Shown here in pieces: positions 12,961 to 25,900 of a DNA stretch of 64,000 nt. A model generated the notes under the pieces. That model was not told where the DNA came from. It saw only the letters and a list, made by a program, of their open reading frames with translations, and did not search any database. A program made the translations under genes and the position numbers. Every line of letters begins with the position of its first letter. Position 1 is the first letter of the stretch. Source of the DNA: Chiloscyllium plagiosum. Taxonomy: Eukaryota. The stretch is from positions 4,115,462 through 4,179,461 of the forward strand of contig NC_057755.1 in assembly GCF_004010195.1 (NCBI RefSeq), read 5' to 3'.

Positions 12961-13975
12961 TGTTAGATCTCACATTCTCCGATGAGAGTCCAAGTTGTGG
13001 GGAGGTTTCAGGTGGCCTTTATTTTCAGTACAGCTTAATTCTAAGTACAGTATGGCACACAAAAAGCTTCAGAATGTCTTAATTCATCGACTTTGAACTC
13101 AGAGCACGCACATAACCGCCCTTGATTTCTAAAGGTCAGCAGTGCTGATTTATTCTTTTGTAATAGGCTTTCTGGTACAGCATCTTACACAGTTCAAGGT
13201 TGCAACAGCAAATTCAGTGTATTTTCAATGAAGCTAATCGCATCACAGAACGACAAAGGCATGGACAGCCTTGTGTTCGACTCTAGGTCTTTCTTGATGT
13301 TTTCCCTGATTTTCTCATGTTTCTTCTTGAGCCTTTTCACAATGGATATTATATTGGTACTGTGTTAACTGCCAATTAATTGGATACTTGCCTATCACTC
13401 TAGGAACATTTAAATTCGTCACTACAGGATATACAAAATAGTGATTTTCCATCAGTTCCAACAAAGTTATGTGGTTAGCCCAATATTAGAATTCTTTAGC
13501 GAGCAAGTTGTGTCTTAATGCCATTCAATCCACATTCCAATGTCTGCAAATTGCTGTATTCGTTGCTCCCTGTAATAATATGGAGGCTGCTTTTGCTGTC
13601 AAAAATTGGTCTGAATCTTTTCCTCTCATGCATTTCGTGATTTTTTTGATATGTAGAGTCATGTATATATGTGGATGTACAACTACTTCAGAATGCATAT
13701 CTTCGATTATCTGGAGAATGTAAACTAAATCCTAGTCTTAATATTGTAACAGGTTGATTAAATAATTCAAGAGAAGCTACTAATTAGGATGAAATATTCT
13801 TATCATTGTAAGCAACTGCACGGACACATTCTATAACCTTGATTATACAGAGCGGTAATTGTTCTACTTGTGAAGACTACATTAAGTAACTATTTTCCCA
13901 AGTGCTCTAACTGTCAGCCATGCTCTGCTGCATTAGCCATGGATAGCTATTTGCCATTTTGTGCTGCTCGCAACA
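12961..13975 (-). mobile_element. Solo LTR, ~1015 bp
   Basis: Starts TGTTAG and ends GCAACA; flanked by tcctc / tcatc (5-bp TSD, 1 mismatch); removing it rejoins the CR1 sequence 'ggcccacattcctc|taaacacttcttattcatg'; minus-strand AATAAA near the left end (~13018-13023). Confidence 0.75.
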
Positions 13976-14183
13976 TCATCTAAACACTTCTTATTCATGT
14001 TCTTATCTAAATGTCTTTTAAACATTGTAACTGTACCGACGTGCATCACTTCTTTTGGACGTTTGGTCCAACAGAACCACTCTGTGTGTAAAAACGTTGC
14101 ACCTCCTACCTTTTCTTTGAATCTTTCTCCTCTCACTTCAAAAATATGGCCCCACGTCTTGAAATAACCCAGTCGAGGGAAAA

Positions 14184-15177
14184 GACATCTGTCATTCACC
14201 TTACCGATATGCCCCATGATTTTATCAGTCTCAGTAAGGTCATCTCCTATGCTCCAGTGAGAAAGGTCCAAGCCTATGCAGCCTCTCCTTATAACTCAAA
14301 CTCTCCATTGTCAGCAACATCCTTCTAACTTTTTTTCTGAACCCTCTCCAACTAGTAATATCCTTCCTAATAACATGGTGCCCAGGAGCAGATACATTAC
14401 TCCAGAAAAAGCCTCACTAACGTCCTGTACAACGTTAACATGACATCCCAATTCCTATCCTCAAAAGGTCTGAGCAATGATGGCAAGCATGGTAAGTGTC
14501 TGCGTAACCATCTTGTCTATATTTGATGCAAACGTCAATTATGTACCTGAAGCCCAAGATCTCTCTGCTCTACAAAACTACCCAAGGCCTTACTTTAAAT
14601 TGTGTAAGTCTTGCCAAAATGCCATACCTCACATTTATCCAAGTGAAATGCCATTTTCCACTCTTTATCCCATTGACCCGATGGAAATGACATCTGTCAT
14701 TCACCTTACCGATATGCCCCATGATTTTATCAGTCTCAGTAAGGGCATCTCCTACGCTCCAGTGAGAAAGATCCAAGCCTATGCAGCCTCTCCTTATAAC
14801 TCAAACCCTTCATTGTCAGCAACATCCTGTTATTTTTTTTTCTTCTGAACCATCTCCAGATTAATAATATCCTTCCTATAACATGGTGCCCAAAAGCAGA
14901 CACAGCACTCCAGAAAAGGCTTCACTAACGTCCTGTACAACCTCAACATGACATCCCAACTCCTATCCTCAAAAGGTCTGAGCAATGATTGCACGCATGG
15001 TAAATGTCTGTGTAACCATCCTGTCTGTATGTGATGCAAATGTCAATTATGTACCTGAAGCCCAAGATCTCTCTGTTCTACAACACTACTCAAGGCCTAA
15101 CTAATAATTGTGTAAGTCTTGCCAAAATTTCATACCTCACATTTAACCAAATGAAATGCCATTTGCCACTCTTTATC
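14184..15177. repeat. ~505-bp tandem duplication within CR1 (2 copies)
   Basis: 'gacatctgtcattcaccttaccgatatgccccatgattttatcagtctcagtaagg' recurs at ~14184 and ~14689, with continued high identity. Confidence 0.85.
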
Positions 15178-15275
15178 TGGGGGTATGGGTGGGTTTCGCT
15201 TCGGCGGGTCGGTGTGGACTTGTTGGGCCGAAGGGCCTGTTTCCACACTGTAAGTAATCTAAAATCTAAATCTAA
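15178..15275 (+). mobile_element. 5'-truncated HE1-like SINE 3' fragment with (tctaaa)n tail
   Basis: 'gggtatgggtgggtttcgcttcggcgggtcggtgtggacttgttgggccgaagggcctgtttccacactgtaagtaatctaaaatctaaatctaa'; flanked by a 93-bp direct repeat. Confidence 0.8.
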
Positions 15276-16494
15276 ACTACTCAGGGCCTAACTAATAATT
15301 GTGTAAGTCTTGCCAAAATTCCATACCTCACATTTATCCAAATGAAATGCCATTTGCCACTCTTTATCCCATTGACCCAATTGATCAAGATCGCTATGCA
15401 ATCTTAGATAACCTTCTCCACTGTCCACAATACCACCAATCTTGATGTTACTAGTAAACTTACTAACCATGTTTTCTCTATTTTCATCTACATAATTTAC
15501 GACAAACAAAAGTCGCACCAGTACCAATCCCAATGGAACACTGCTGGTCAAAGTCTGAAAAACAACTCTACACCATCACTCTATCGCCGTTTAAGTCAAT
15601 TATGTATCCAATTGGCAAGTTCACCAATATGGTCTAACTTTAGTACTAGTCTACTATGCAGAACTTTATCAAAGGCTTTACTAAAGTCCAAGTCAACAAT
15701 GTCTAACATTCTGCTCTCATCAATCTTCTTGCTTACTTTCTCAAAAAACGCAGTTACGTTTGTGAGATGCATTTTACCTCATGCAAAACCATGTTGACTA
15801 AACTTAATCATTCCTTACCTCTCCAAATGTATCAAAATCCGATCTTTCCAAATCACTTCAAGAATCCCCCATCAAAATCAGACTCACAGGCTTCGCCTTA
15901 CATCCCTTTTTTAAACAAAGGCAGAACATTAGACAATCTCCAGTCATACAGCAGCTTTCTGTATTTATAGATGCGAAAAATATTTCTACAAAGGGCCCAA
16001 ACATTTCCTCTCTAACTTCCCATGAAGTCCTGGGCTACACCAGATCAGGTCTCGGAGATGTATTCGTCTTTATATTTTCTATCATCTCCAGCACATCCTT
16101 CTGTAAGGTGAACTGATTTCAAAACATCTTTTTTCATCGCTGAGTGCTCTAGCCTCCATCTTTTTTCCATCACAAAAACTGATGCAAAATATTATTTTAA
16201 TAACTCTCCCATCTCCTGTGATTCAACACAAGGATAACCTCGGTAATCTTTAAGGGGACCTACTCTCACTGTAATTGTTTTCTTACTCCTCATGAACTTG
16301 AGGAATTTCTTAGGATTATCCACAACCTCACTTGCCAAGGCGACCTTATATTTTCACTTTGTCTTTCTGGTCTCCCTCTTCCGAATGCCCCTACACTTCT
16401 TCTACTGTTCAAGAGATTTATTGATTCCACTTGTTTATAATCAACAAAAGATTCTTTTTTACTCTTTATGAGAACCACAATATCTTGATTCATA

Positions 16495-18505
16495 CAGACA
16501 TAGAGATACACAGCGCGGAAACAGACACTTCAGATCAACTCCTCCGTGCCGATCAGATATCCCAACTTAACCGAGCCCCACCTGGCAGCACCCAGCCCAT
16601 ATCCCGCCAAACCCTTCCCATTCATATACCCATCCAGACGTCTTTTACTGTTGTAATTGTACCAGCCTCCATCACTTCCTCTAGCAGCCCAATCTGCAGA
16701 CGCACCACTCTCTCTGTGATAGAATTGCCCCTTGGGTCTCTTTTGTATCTTTCCCCTCTCACCCTAAACCTGTAGCCTTTAGCGCTGAAGTCTCACACCC
16801 GGGGAAAAGACCTTGTCTATTTATCCTATCCATGCCCCTCATGATTTTATAAACCTCTATAAGGTCATCCCCTCAGCCTCCGATGCTCCAGGGAAAACAG
16901 CCCCAGTCTGTTCAACCTCTCCCGGTAACTCAAATTCTCCAAACTTGGCAACAGCCTCGTAAATATTTTCTGAACTCTTGCAGGTTTCACAACATCCTTC
17001 CGATAGGAAGCAAATCAGAATTGCACGCAATATTCCAAAAGTGGCCTAACCAAAGTCCTGTACAGCCGCATTATGTCATCCAACTCGTATACTCAATGCT
17101 CTGACCAATAAATGAAAGCATACCAAAACGCCTTCTTCACTATCCTATCTACCTGCGATTCTACTTTAGAGGAGCTATGAACTTGCACTCCAAGTTTTCT
17201 TTGTTCAGCAACACTACTCAGGATATTACCATTAAGTGTACAAGTCCTGCTAGGATTTGCTTTCCCAAAATGCAGCACTTCGCATTTATCTAAATTAAAT
17301 ACCGTCTGCCACTCCTCAGCCCATTGGCCCATTTGATCAAGATCGTGTTTTGATCTGAGATAACGTTCTTCATTGTCCACTACACCTCCAATTTTGGTGT
17401 CATCTGCAAACTTACTAAATATTTCTCTTAAGCTCACATCCAAATCATTAATACAAATGTCTAGTTCTCCCTGTATTCCGTGAGATCTAACTTTACTCGC
17501 CGGTCACCCATGGGAAACCTTGTTGAACTCCTTACCAAAGTCCAGATAGATCACATCTACCGCTCTGCCCTCATCAGTCCTCTTTGTTACTTCTTCAAAA
17601 AACTCAATCAAGTTTGTGCGACATGATTTCCAACGCACAAAGCCATGTTGACTATCTCTAATCAGTCCTTGCCTTTCCAAATACATGTAAATCCTGTCCC
17701 TCAGGATTCCATCCAGCAACTTGCCCACCACCGAGGTCAGGCTCACTGGTCTATGGTTCTCTGGCTTGTCCTTACACCTTTCTTAAGCAGTGGCACCATG
17801 TTAGCCAACCTACAGTCTTCCAGCACCTCACCTCTGAATATCGATGATACAAATATCTCAGCAAGAGGCCCATCAATCACGTCCCTAGCTTCCCACAGCG
17901 TTCTACAGTACACCTGATCAGGTCCTGGGGAATTGTCCACTTTTTTGCGTTTCAAGACGTCCAGCACTTCCTCCTCTGTCATATGGACATTTTTCATGAC
18001 ATCACCATCTATTTTCCCAATTTCTATATCTTCTGTGTCCTTTTCCACAATAAACACTGATGCAAAATACTCGTTTAGTATCTCTCCCATTTTCTGTGGC
18101 TCCACACAAAGGCCACCTTACTGATCTTTGAGGGGCCCTAGTTACCCTTAATGCATTTTGTCCTTAATGCATTTGTAAAAACCGTTTGGATTCTCCTTAA
18201 TTCCATTTACCAAAGCTATTTCATGTCCACTTTTTTCCCTCCTGATTTCCCTTGTAAGTATTTTCCTATTGCCTTTCTACCCTTCTAAGGATTCACTTGA
18301 TCTATCCTGTCTCTCCCTCATAATATGCTGCCTTCTTTTTGCTTCGGTCTCTAAAACTTCCGGCCTTACCTTTCACTCTAATGGGAACATCATGATTCTG
18401 AATGCTCATTATTATATTCTTGAAGGCTTTCCACTGATCAGACTTCCCTTATCCTGTGAACAGTTTACTCCAATCAATTTTTGAAAGTTCTTGTCTCATA
18501 CCCTA
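16495..18505 (-). mobile_element. CR1 LINE ORF2 (RT) and 3' end
   Basis: ORFs 'SLTSVVGKLLDGILRDRI...SQHGFVRWKSCRTNLIEFFEEVT...DVIYLDFGKEFNKVSHG', 'SKFADDTKIGG', 'EILNEYFASVF...SPGPDQVY'. Confidence 0.92.
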
Positions 18506-18519
18506 AAAAAGTAACCTTA

Positions 18520-20145
18520 CTCCAATTGCCTTGTTTGTGTGTTTTCTAGAGCCTTTTGCTGAGTCCATCAGGAAGGATGCCAGCCTGAGAGGGGTGACTA
18601 TTCCAGGCAGTGGAGTCCGGCAGGTCAAATCTTCCCTGTGCATGGACAACGTCGCTGTTTTCTGCGCCGATCCGCTGTTAGTACATAGAATCCTGAATGT
18701 CTGAGACCGGGTGGAACTGGCCTCGGGAACGAAGCTAAATCGAGGCAGTAGCGAGGGCGTGTTCTTTGGGAACTGGGCTGACTGATTTTTTACACCCTTC
18801 AACATTAGGACAGATTACAGGACGGTGCTGGGAATATAGTTTGAATGGGCTAGTGGACGAATTCTTTGGAGGAGTGCATCGCCAAAGTGAAGCAGAAACT
18901 GATCTTTTGGGCGCACTACTCCCTGTCCACTGAGAGGAATAATCTTGTCAGCACTCTTGTTATTGTAAGTGGTACGGGTTTGGTCTATTCCCCCAAACTA
19001 CACTGTTTCAGTGACCCAAGCCATCTTCCACTTCATCTAGAGATCTAAGATAGAGTGTGTCTGCAGGGACTCTACGTCCAAACCTCTGGATAAAGGGATG
19101 AAGAATGTACCCAGTGATACCCTCATCCTGGTGGTCACATTTGTGTGTGACTGCATCAACTTGTGTGTAGACCTTTCGTATTTAAACACCAAGTGTTGCA
19201 ACGTACTAAGATTCAACCTGAAGGCACTGTTGTGAAGGATGAGATTAGGTTCCAAGTAATTGGTTCATTCCGTATTATATGTCCTTTGTGGAGAAATTTG
19301 CAAAGATAAATACTTTTGACCATAAGTCCTTCAAGGAGTGGTGGGCATCTCGCGTCCTCAAGACCTTGCCAGAAAAGAGAGGGTGGATCCTGTTGGGTTG
19401 TTCCCTAAGCAGATTGTCAGTCATTGGGCAGAATGCCTCACTACCAGAACTTTTCAACAAGCACCAAGCCGTTGCTTGGCTTGTAGTGAGAAGGACACGA
19501 CCTGTCAGATTCTTCATGTCCGCCTGGTTTTGTCTGTGCCACCGCAAGCTTCCCTCAGCGCAGGGCAGAGGATGAGACTGTCACACACCTCCTTCTATGA
19601 AGTGCCTTTGCTAAGGACGTCTGGAGAAAAATGCAATGGGTTTTGTTGAGGTTTGTCCCGAGCAGCTCTGTGATGTACGACTCTGTGGTCTACAGGCCTT
19701 TCCCCAGGATGCACACTGAGACAATCATCGACAGCATCCGAGAGTCCATAAACTCAGTGAACGACGCTCTTTGGTCTCCCTGAAACCTTGTTGTCTTCCA
19801 GAGCAAACATTTGACCGAGTTTCGCAGATTGACCAATTCCAAGGTCCAGGACTAAAAGGATGCACTAATGCTTTTGGCAACTGTCGCCAAGGCACAGTGG
19901 AGAATTACCATTGTCTGACATCAAAATGCCAAATGTAAATGGGGGATCGTTCAGTTATCAGACCCTTCAAATACGTCAGATACATAGCAATGTATTCTTT
20001 ATGCAAGGAAAGTTGTTCTTTGCTGGAGTCCAATTTCAATGTCTGTTTTCTTCCTATGCTATTGTACAGTGCCAAAATGCTTCAGTACCCATGTATGTTT
20101 GTACACTTTAATGAATAAAGTATATCTTCGAAATAAGAAAAGAAT
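18520..20145 (+). mobile_element. Tx1-like (L1 clade) LINE, 5'-truncated ORF2 and 3' UTR
   Basis: 'LFVCFLEPFAESIRKDASLRGVTIPGSG..VKSSLCMDNVAV' (degenerate YMDD); 'WEECIAKVKQKL', 'PELFNKHQAVAWLVVRR'; AATAAA at ~20115 followed by an A-rich end. Confidence 0.8.
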
Positions 20146-20753
20146 CCTTCCTTAGATATGGGACCCAAAACTGTCCACAATATTCCAAGTGCCTTATACA
20201 TCCTGAGCAGTACATCTCTGCTCTTGTATTCCAACCTTCTCAAATAAACACTAACATTGCACTTTCCATCCTAACTGCCAACTGATTCTGCATTTTAACC
20301 TGAAGACAATCCTGAGTGCGGACTACCAAGTCCCTTTGAGTTTCAGATTTGCAAAGCCTTTCCCCATTGAGAAAACAGTCTCCATCTTTCTCATTCTAAT
20401 CACAGTGCATAACCTCACACACTTTCCACATTGTACTACACACCTCCCTCCCCCAACTGAACCGTCAGAGAATCCTGAACAAGGACTCACTGCCACCGAG
20501 TATCTGTGTTTCCGGTCTGGCAGCACCTGCCCAGAGAGAGAGATAAAGAAGAGACAACGTTTCGAATCCGGGGGGTGGGGGAATGGCCATCCTTCGGGAC
20601 AGTGCGCTTTGGGAGTTGGTGCTCCGACACACAATTTCTTCATCACTTTCACCTCTCTGACTGTGACGAGTTTTCATTCTGATCCATATTATTGTGTTGG
20701 GTCCCTTTTGCGTTTTTGTTTTCTCCCGTGAAAGGGTTGTTTCTGTTTAAAGG

Positions 20754-21396
20754 ACAAAATCAATAAAATTTAGATGAGACCACCAACACTGGAAACAAGA
20801 CAATTTATTCCACGATCTTATAAGCAGGGGCATCAATTGCAGAAGCAAATGAGCAAATGAGCAATGAGAATTCAAATTCTTACACAGTTATACCTTTGAG
20901 CTGCGTGAGGTCATCTCTCCCGACTCCTACATTACCCAATCTTTCTTAGTATTCTGCCACTGCCCAGCTGTGCTCCACCCTTATTTCCCCATTCTCTCCA
21001 AATTGGCAACCTTTCCCTCTGTAAGTGCTGACACAAGGCTAAACTTGTATCTCGATGTTCTTCTTACTTTGCTTGTAACATCATTCATTGTCCATAGGTA
21101 TATTCCATTCTTGAACATACATTTTAACAATGTATCTTTTCGTGCCTAGTTTATGCATTTCAACTATCTCAGCTATTTTGATGAGACTATTATTTAAAAC
21201 ATCATGATGAAAAAAAATATTTGCTTTAATAATTCTGCACTAAAGTTAGTACTCACTTATCCACAATTATACATTAAAGATAAAGATACATTTCCCTCAT
21301 GTTTGCTTAACTGATATTTTTCTTGTACCCCTTTACTGCACATACACTCTTGCTTTTCTATTTCTGCAAAACCAACACACTTCCTCATTTCTTACA
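20754..21396 (-). repeat. ERV 3' LTR (about 10 nt of the U5 terminus missing)
   Basis: Aligns to 28803-29439 at roughly 95% identity (by eye); begins TGTAAG on the minus strand at 21396; minus-strand AATAAA at ~20804-20809. Confidence 0.95.
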
Positions 21397-21420
21397 ACTC
21401 CCCCATTTCTTTTTTTTACC
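21397..21420 (-). promoter_or_regulatory. ERV polypurine tract
   Basis: Minus strand 'ggtaaaaaaaagaaatgggggagt' immediately before the 3' LTR TG. Confidence 0.85.
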
Positions 21421-21479
21421 ATTTGTTGTTTTTGAATTTTATTTTCTGCCCTCTTTTCATCCTATGGTGCTGAGGTTCA

Positions 21480-22784
21480 CAATCTTGCCATTTCTGTCCT
21501 TCGAAGTCTGTCTTTTTGAAACTCTAGGAGTAATCTGCTACTCTTTCTTTCTTGCGCTTGTGCTATTGTCATGACCATTATTGATTGTTGTCCTCCCAAA
21601 GACATTACCAGCTTAGTCATTATCCACTTTAACACATTAAATCCTATCAGTCGACCTACAATTATTAGTAATACGTAAATGCCTAAATTAACTAACCACT
21701 TTCCCCAACCAGTCAGTCCCCAATCACCACAACCCCATCCCTCATCTTTTCGAAGTTCATCCCCAATTTCTCTTATATTGCTTATCTTTTTCTTTACTAT
21801 TTCTGCCTTATCTTCCACTATAGAAGAGGTGTCTGTGATGAAGGTGCAGCATTCCTTACCAATCAGAGCACAGGTTTCCACCTTTATCGGCCACAAGATA
21901 GTCTAAAGCCATTCGATTCTATAAACTGTTAGTCTTGTGGCAATAATTTCGCTGGTTATGGCCGATATTTGGGATTGAGTTTCTCCCATTGCGCCGGCGG
22001 TATCATTAATTAAATTTTCAAGAGCAGCCGCCAGTTTCTGTATTTCCACCCCTGCCCTTATAGTGCCGTAGTTTGGGAGTAGTGTCCACAGCAAACGGTC
22101 CCCTTCAGAGACCTCTCGGGTCTTAGGTCTTATCCCTCCCCCCCTTTCTCAGATTGGGCTCATGTTGTTCTATTCGGAGGTGAGGGACTATATAAGCGAG
22201 GTCTTGAGGCAGTGTTTCATCAACTTCATAACATGCATGTATTTCTACACATTCGGTCACGCGAACATATTTTTCCCCGGGAATAAATGGATAGGCCTTC
22301 AGACCGCATACCCAATATGTTCCGTTTAATATTCGGGGAGTGGTCATCGCAGTGGTTTGGCTGGTGTAGACGAAAGATGATTTTCCTAACTGGTAGGGTG
22401 CGGCGTCATTCTGATTACAGAAACAGGTGGTATTCACTGCTCCTTTCGATGGGGAAATTCTAAGGCTGTCGATATAACCCTGGGTTTTTAGGGCTGGCCT
22501 TGGGAACCATCCCGCAAAGTTATATTTGCTCCTTTCAGATTCCCACTTTGTATTATTTGAGCCCAAGTCAAATCGTTGTACATCGTACACTTCTTTTTTA
22601 TTGAGCGGTATTACAGAGGTGGGATTCCAGATTCTCCGTGGTGTGGAATTTCTGCACAGACCCAACAGTCGGCAAGTCCCTCTTGTTTAGCATAATTTTG
22701 GCATAGTGTAGTGAAATGATTTTTCCCACTTCCTTGAACAGTTAGTACTGCTAACATTACAATACTATACTAGTACCCGCCCAT
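21480..22784 (-). pseudogene. env: ERV env (gamma-type SU/TM), frameshifted
   Basis: Signal-like 'SIVMLAVLTVQG', SU CXXC 'DCWVC', 'NGTYWVCG..AYP', basic cleavage-like 'RPKTR', heptad repeat, immunosuppressive domain 'NRMALDYL' (in a shifted frame), CX6CC 'CALIGKECC', TM 'WLVNLGIYVLLIIVG'. Confidence 0.9.
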
Positions 22785-22862
22785 CTCTGAACCCTGCCTA
22801 TTGCCCTGTCTTAATCTTTTAGGCGCCAGGGAGAAGTGAGTCCACGCAACCCTTACACTCAA

Positions 22863-22867
<5 letters not shown>

Positions 22868-22912
<45 letters not shown>
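22868..22912. repeat. (TA)n microsatellite inside the ERV pol-env spacer
   Basis: About 22 perfect TA units. Confidence 0.95.
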
Positions 22913-22915
<3 letters not shown>

Positions 22916-22945
22916 TCAAACGTTAAAAGAGTCTTTTATCTCAGT

Positions 22946-25900
22946 TCATTCCTTCTTTCTCAGCTTAACTTTCAGAGGGTTGTCTGTAGGATGAGCATGC
23001 CACTCCGCCAACAGGGCGTTCACAGACCTTTGATGCGAGTGTGATGACTCCACCCTTTCTCAGCAGTTCGGATTGCTGTCTCAGTAGTCAGGAGGGTTGG
23101 GAATGGTCCATCCCAGCTCGGGTATCTTTCCAGGTCTTGATCAGGACCCAATCATCTGGCTGTATACGGTGTGCTGCAAATTCGAGCGGTGGTGTTTGTA
23201 CCAACAAGCCTTTATTCCTAAGAATGGATAATGAAGAGCCAAGTACCATAATATAATTTTTCAAAAACTTGTCATTAAACTCAGCTTGTAGGCACCTCTC
23301 GTTTCCCTCCTAGGGATGGTAGCCCAAACATCATTTCATAAGGAGAAAGGCCGATATCGCGCCTTGGGGCAGTCTGAATCTGTAAAAGCACAATAGGTAA
23401 ACATTTGGTCCATGGTAATCGAGTCTCTTGGACCAGTTTAGATAATTGTTTCTTTATGGTCTGATTCATTCGTTCCAGCCACCCAGAGAAGGGTGGGTGC
23501 CAAGGGGTGTGCAATTCCCAAGAGATCTCTAATCTTGCCATTACTTCTTGCAAGATATTGGAAGTAAAGTGGCTACCTTGGTCTGAGTCGATACTTTCCA
23601 CTTTTCCATATCGTGGGATGCTATGTTCAAGGGTTTTTGCCACTCCTTTTGAGGTGGCTGATGACATTGGGAAAGCTTCCACCCACCCGGTTAAATGGTC
23701 TACTAGTACTAACAGATACTTCTGTTTTCCCACTGATGCTGGTTCGGTATAATCCACCTGTATACTTTGGAAGGGTCTCATCCCTGGGTTTCTTCCTCCT
23801 CTGAGCCCTTCCCTTACTATTTTCTTATTGATCTTTTGGCAAGTTATACATCCTGCGCATATCTGTTTTGCCAACGTATATATTCCCTTACATCCATATT
23901 TTCTTAATACTGTGTCACACATGGCTTGGGAACCCCAATGACTACTCTGGTGTAAGGTGGCTAAGATGTTTCTCATGACTGGTTTACTCAGTAATTCCCT
24001 CCCATCCGGGAGGATCCACTTTCCTTCAGTTGTCTTAGTGGCTCCTATTTCTTGGAACTCTTTTTCCTCTTCTTCTATGTATATGGGGTTCACGGGAGAA
24101 GAGTCAACTAAGGGTGTAAGAATCTGTATCCTTGTTACTGTATGGTTCATAGCTGCCTCTTTGGCTATCTCGTCTGCTAGCCGGTTTCCCTTTGCTTCTA
24201 AAGTGTTCCCCTTCTGATGTCCAGGTACATGGACTATAGCTATTTCCCGTGGTAATTTCAAACTTTTCAATACTTGTCCTATTAACTCTTCATGTACTAA
24301 TTCTTTTCCTCGACTATTGATTAGTTCCTGTTTTTGCCATATCTTTCCGAAGGTATGGACTACCCCGTAGGCATAGTTAGAGTGAGTGTAAATTGTCCCA
24401 TCCCGTTTCTGTAAGTGTTTTAAAGCTTAGTTTAATGCGTACAATTCACAGGTCTGGCTGACCATGTGTTAAGCAGCTGGTTTTTGTTAACGTCCACTGC
24501 TGCAAAAGATTGTGTCTTTTTCCTTCCACTACTCTGGATGACCCATCTATAAACAATCTGTCCCCGTCATGTAAAGGTAGATATCTCAGGTCCTGTCTAA
24601 TTTTGGTTTGATATTCTATGATATCTAAACAGTTGTGCTCTAATTCTCGTTTGTCTAGAGGTTCTCCCTTCCAAAGAAAGGTGGCTGGGTTTAGACAGGT
24701 GTCTGTTGCTAACGCAAGGTCATCCTTCTCCATCAGGATTGGCTCGGATTTTAGAATTCATGAATCTGTCAACCATCTTCCTGCCTTTTGTTTTAACACA
24801 GTTCTGACTAAATGGGGAGTGCTAAGTATTAGCGCTCCTCCAAAAGTAAGTTTCCGGTTTTCTTCTACCCAGATGGCAGTTGCTGCAATTGCCTGGATAC
24901 ATTCAGGCCATCCCCTGGAAACAGGGTCCAGGATTTTGGACAGGAAGGCTATGGGCTGTTTCTTTCCCCCTCCTTTCTGGGTTAATACTCCTAAGGCTAC
25001 TCCATCGTTTACTGTCACAGAAAGGTGAAATGAGTTCTCTAGGGAAGGAACGGCCAATACTGGAGCTTGTGTTAGACTACGCTTCAACTCACGGAACCCT
25101 TCCATTTCCTCTTCTGTCCAGTGCAGTCCTTCGTGTTCTGATTCTGTCAGTTTGTAATATAACCCCTGCGTTTTCTGGGCATAGGCTTATATCCATAATC
25201 TGCAATAACCCATCAGCCCCAGAAACTTTCGTAATTCTCGTTTGGTGTTCGGGAGAGGCAGTTCTACTATCCCTCGAATTCTTTCGGGGCTAAGCGTCTA
25301 GATCCCCCGCTAATAAGGTGTCCTAAGTATTTCACCTCTTTTTCTGCATATTGCAATATATTCCTAGATACTCAAATAACCCTGTTGCTCTAGGAAATTC
25401 AACAATGCATTGGTGGCCGAAATTATTTCTCTTTTGTCCTGACACAAGATCATCCACATATTGCAACAGTGATGTCTCCCGAGGCATTTTATATTGTTCT
25501 AGGACTTGTTCCAGTACTTGCCCGAATAAGTGGGGTGATTCTGTGAATCCCTGGGGAAGTACCGTCCATCGGAACTGTTGTTATCTGCCAGTGTATGGGT
25601 TTTCCCGTTCAAAAGCGAGCATGTCGCGGCTCTCTGGGGCTAAAGGACAAGCCCAGAATACATCTTTTAAATCTATTACACTAAACCAGCGATGGTTACA
25701 CTGTATCTTACTAAAAAGGGTATATAGATTGGGCACCACTGGGTGCCGTATCCAGACCAGTCGGTTCACTAATCTGAGATCTTGTACCAGTCAGTAAGTT
25801 CCATCTGGTTTCTGGACGGGTAGTATTGAGGTATTTAAGGGTGATATGCATGGTTCTAATAACCATTCTTTTACTAGAGAGTCTATTACCGGTTGTAAAC

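Larger units (their letters stand above)
12857..16490 (-). mobile_element. CR1 LINE (3' end leftwards) interrupted by a solo LTR, an internal tandem duplication and a SINE fragment
   Basis: Minus-strand ORF2 pieces 'SWDVMLRLYRTLVKPFLECCVCFWAP', 'VSKFTSNIKIGGIVDSGEGYLRL'; CR1 tail 'atagagtcatacagcatggaa' at ~12857. Confidence 0.8.

Noticed and set aside
20744..20753. Alternative 3' LTR terminus at 'tgtttaaagg' (same length as the missing end, starts TGT)
   Set aside because: These bases belong to the 53-bp duplicated host sequence, and no short TSD pairs with the other end.
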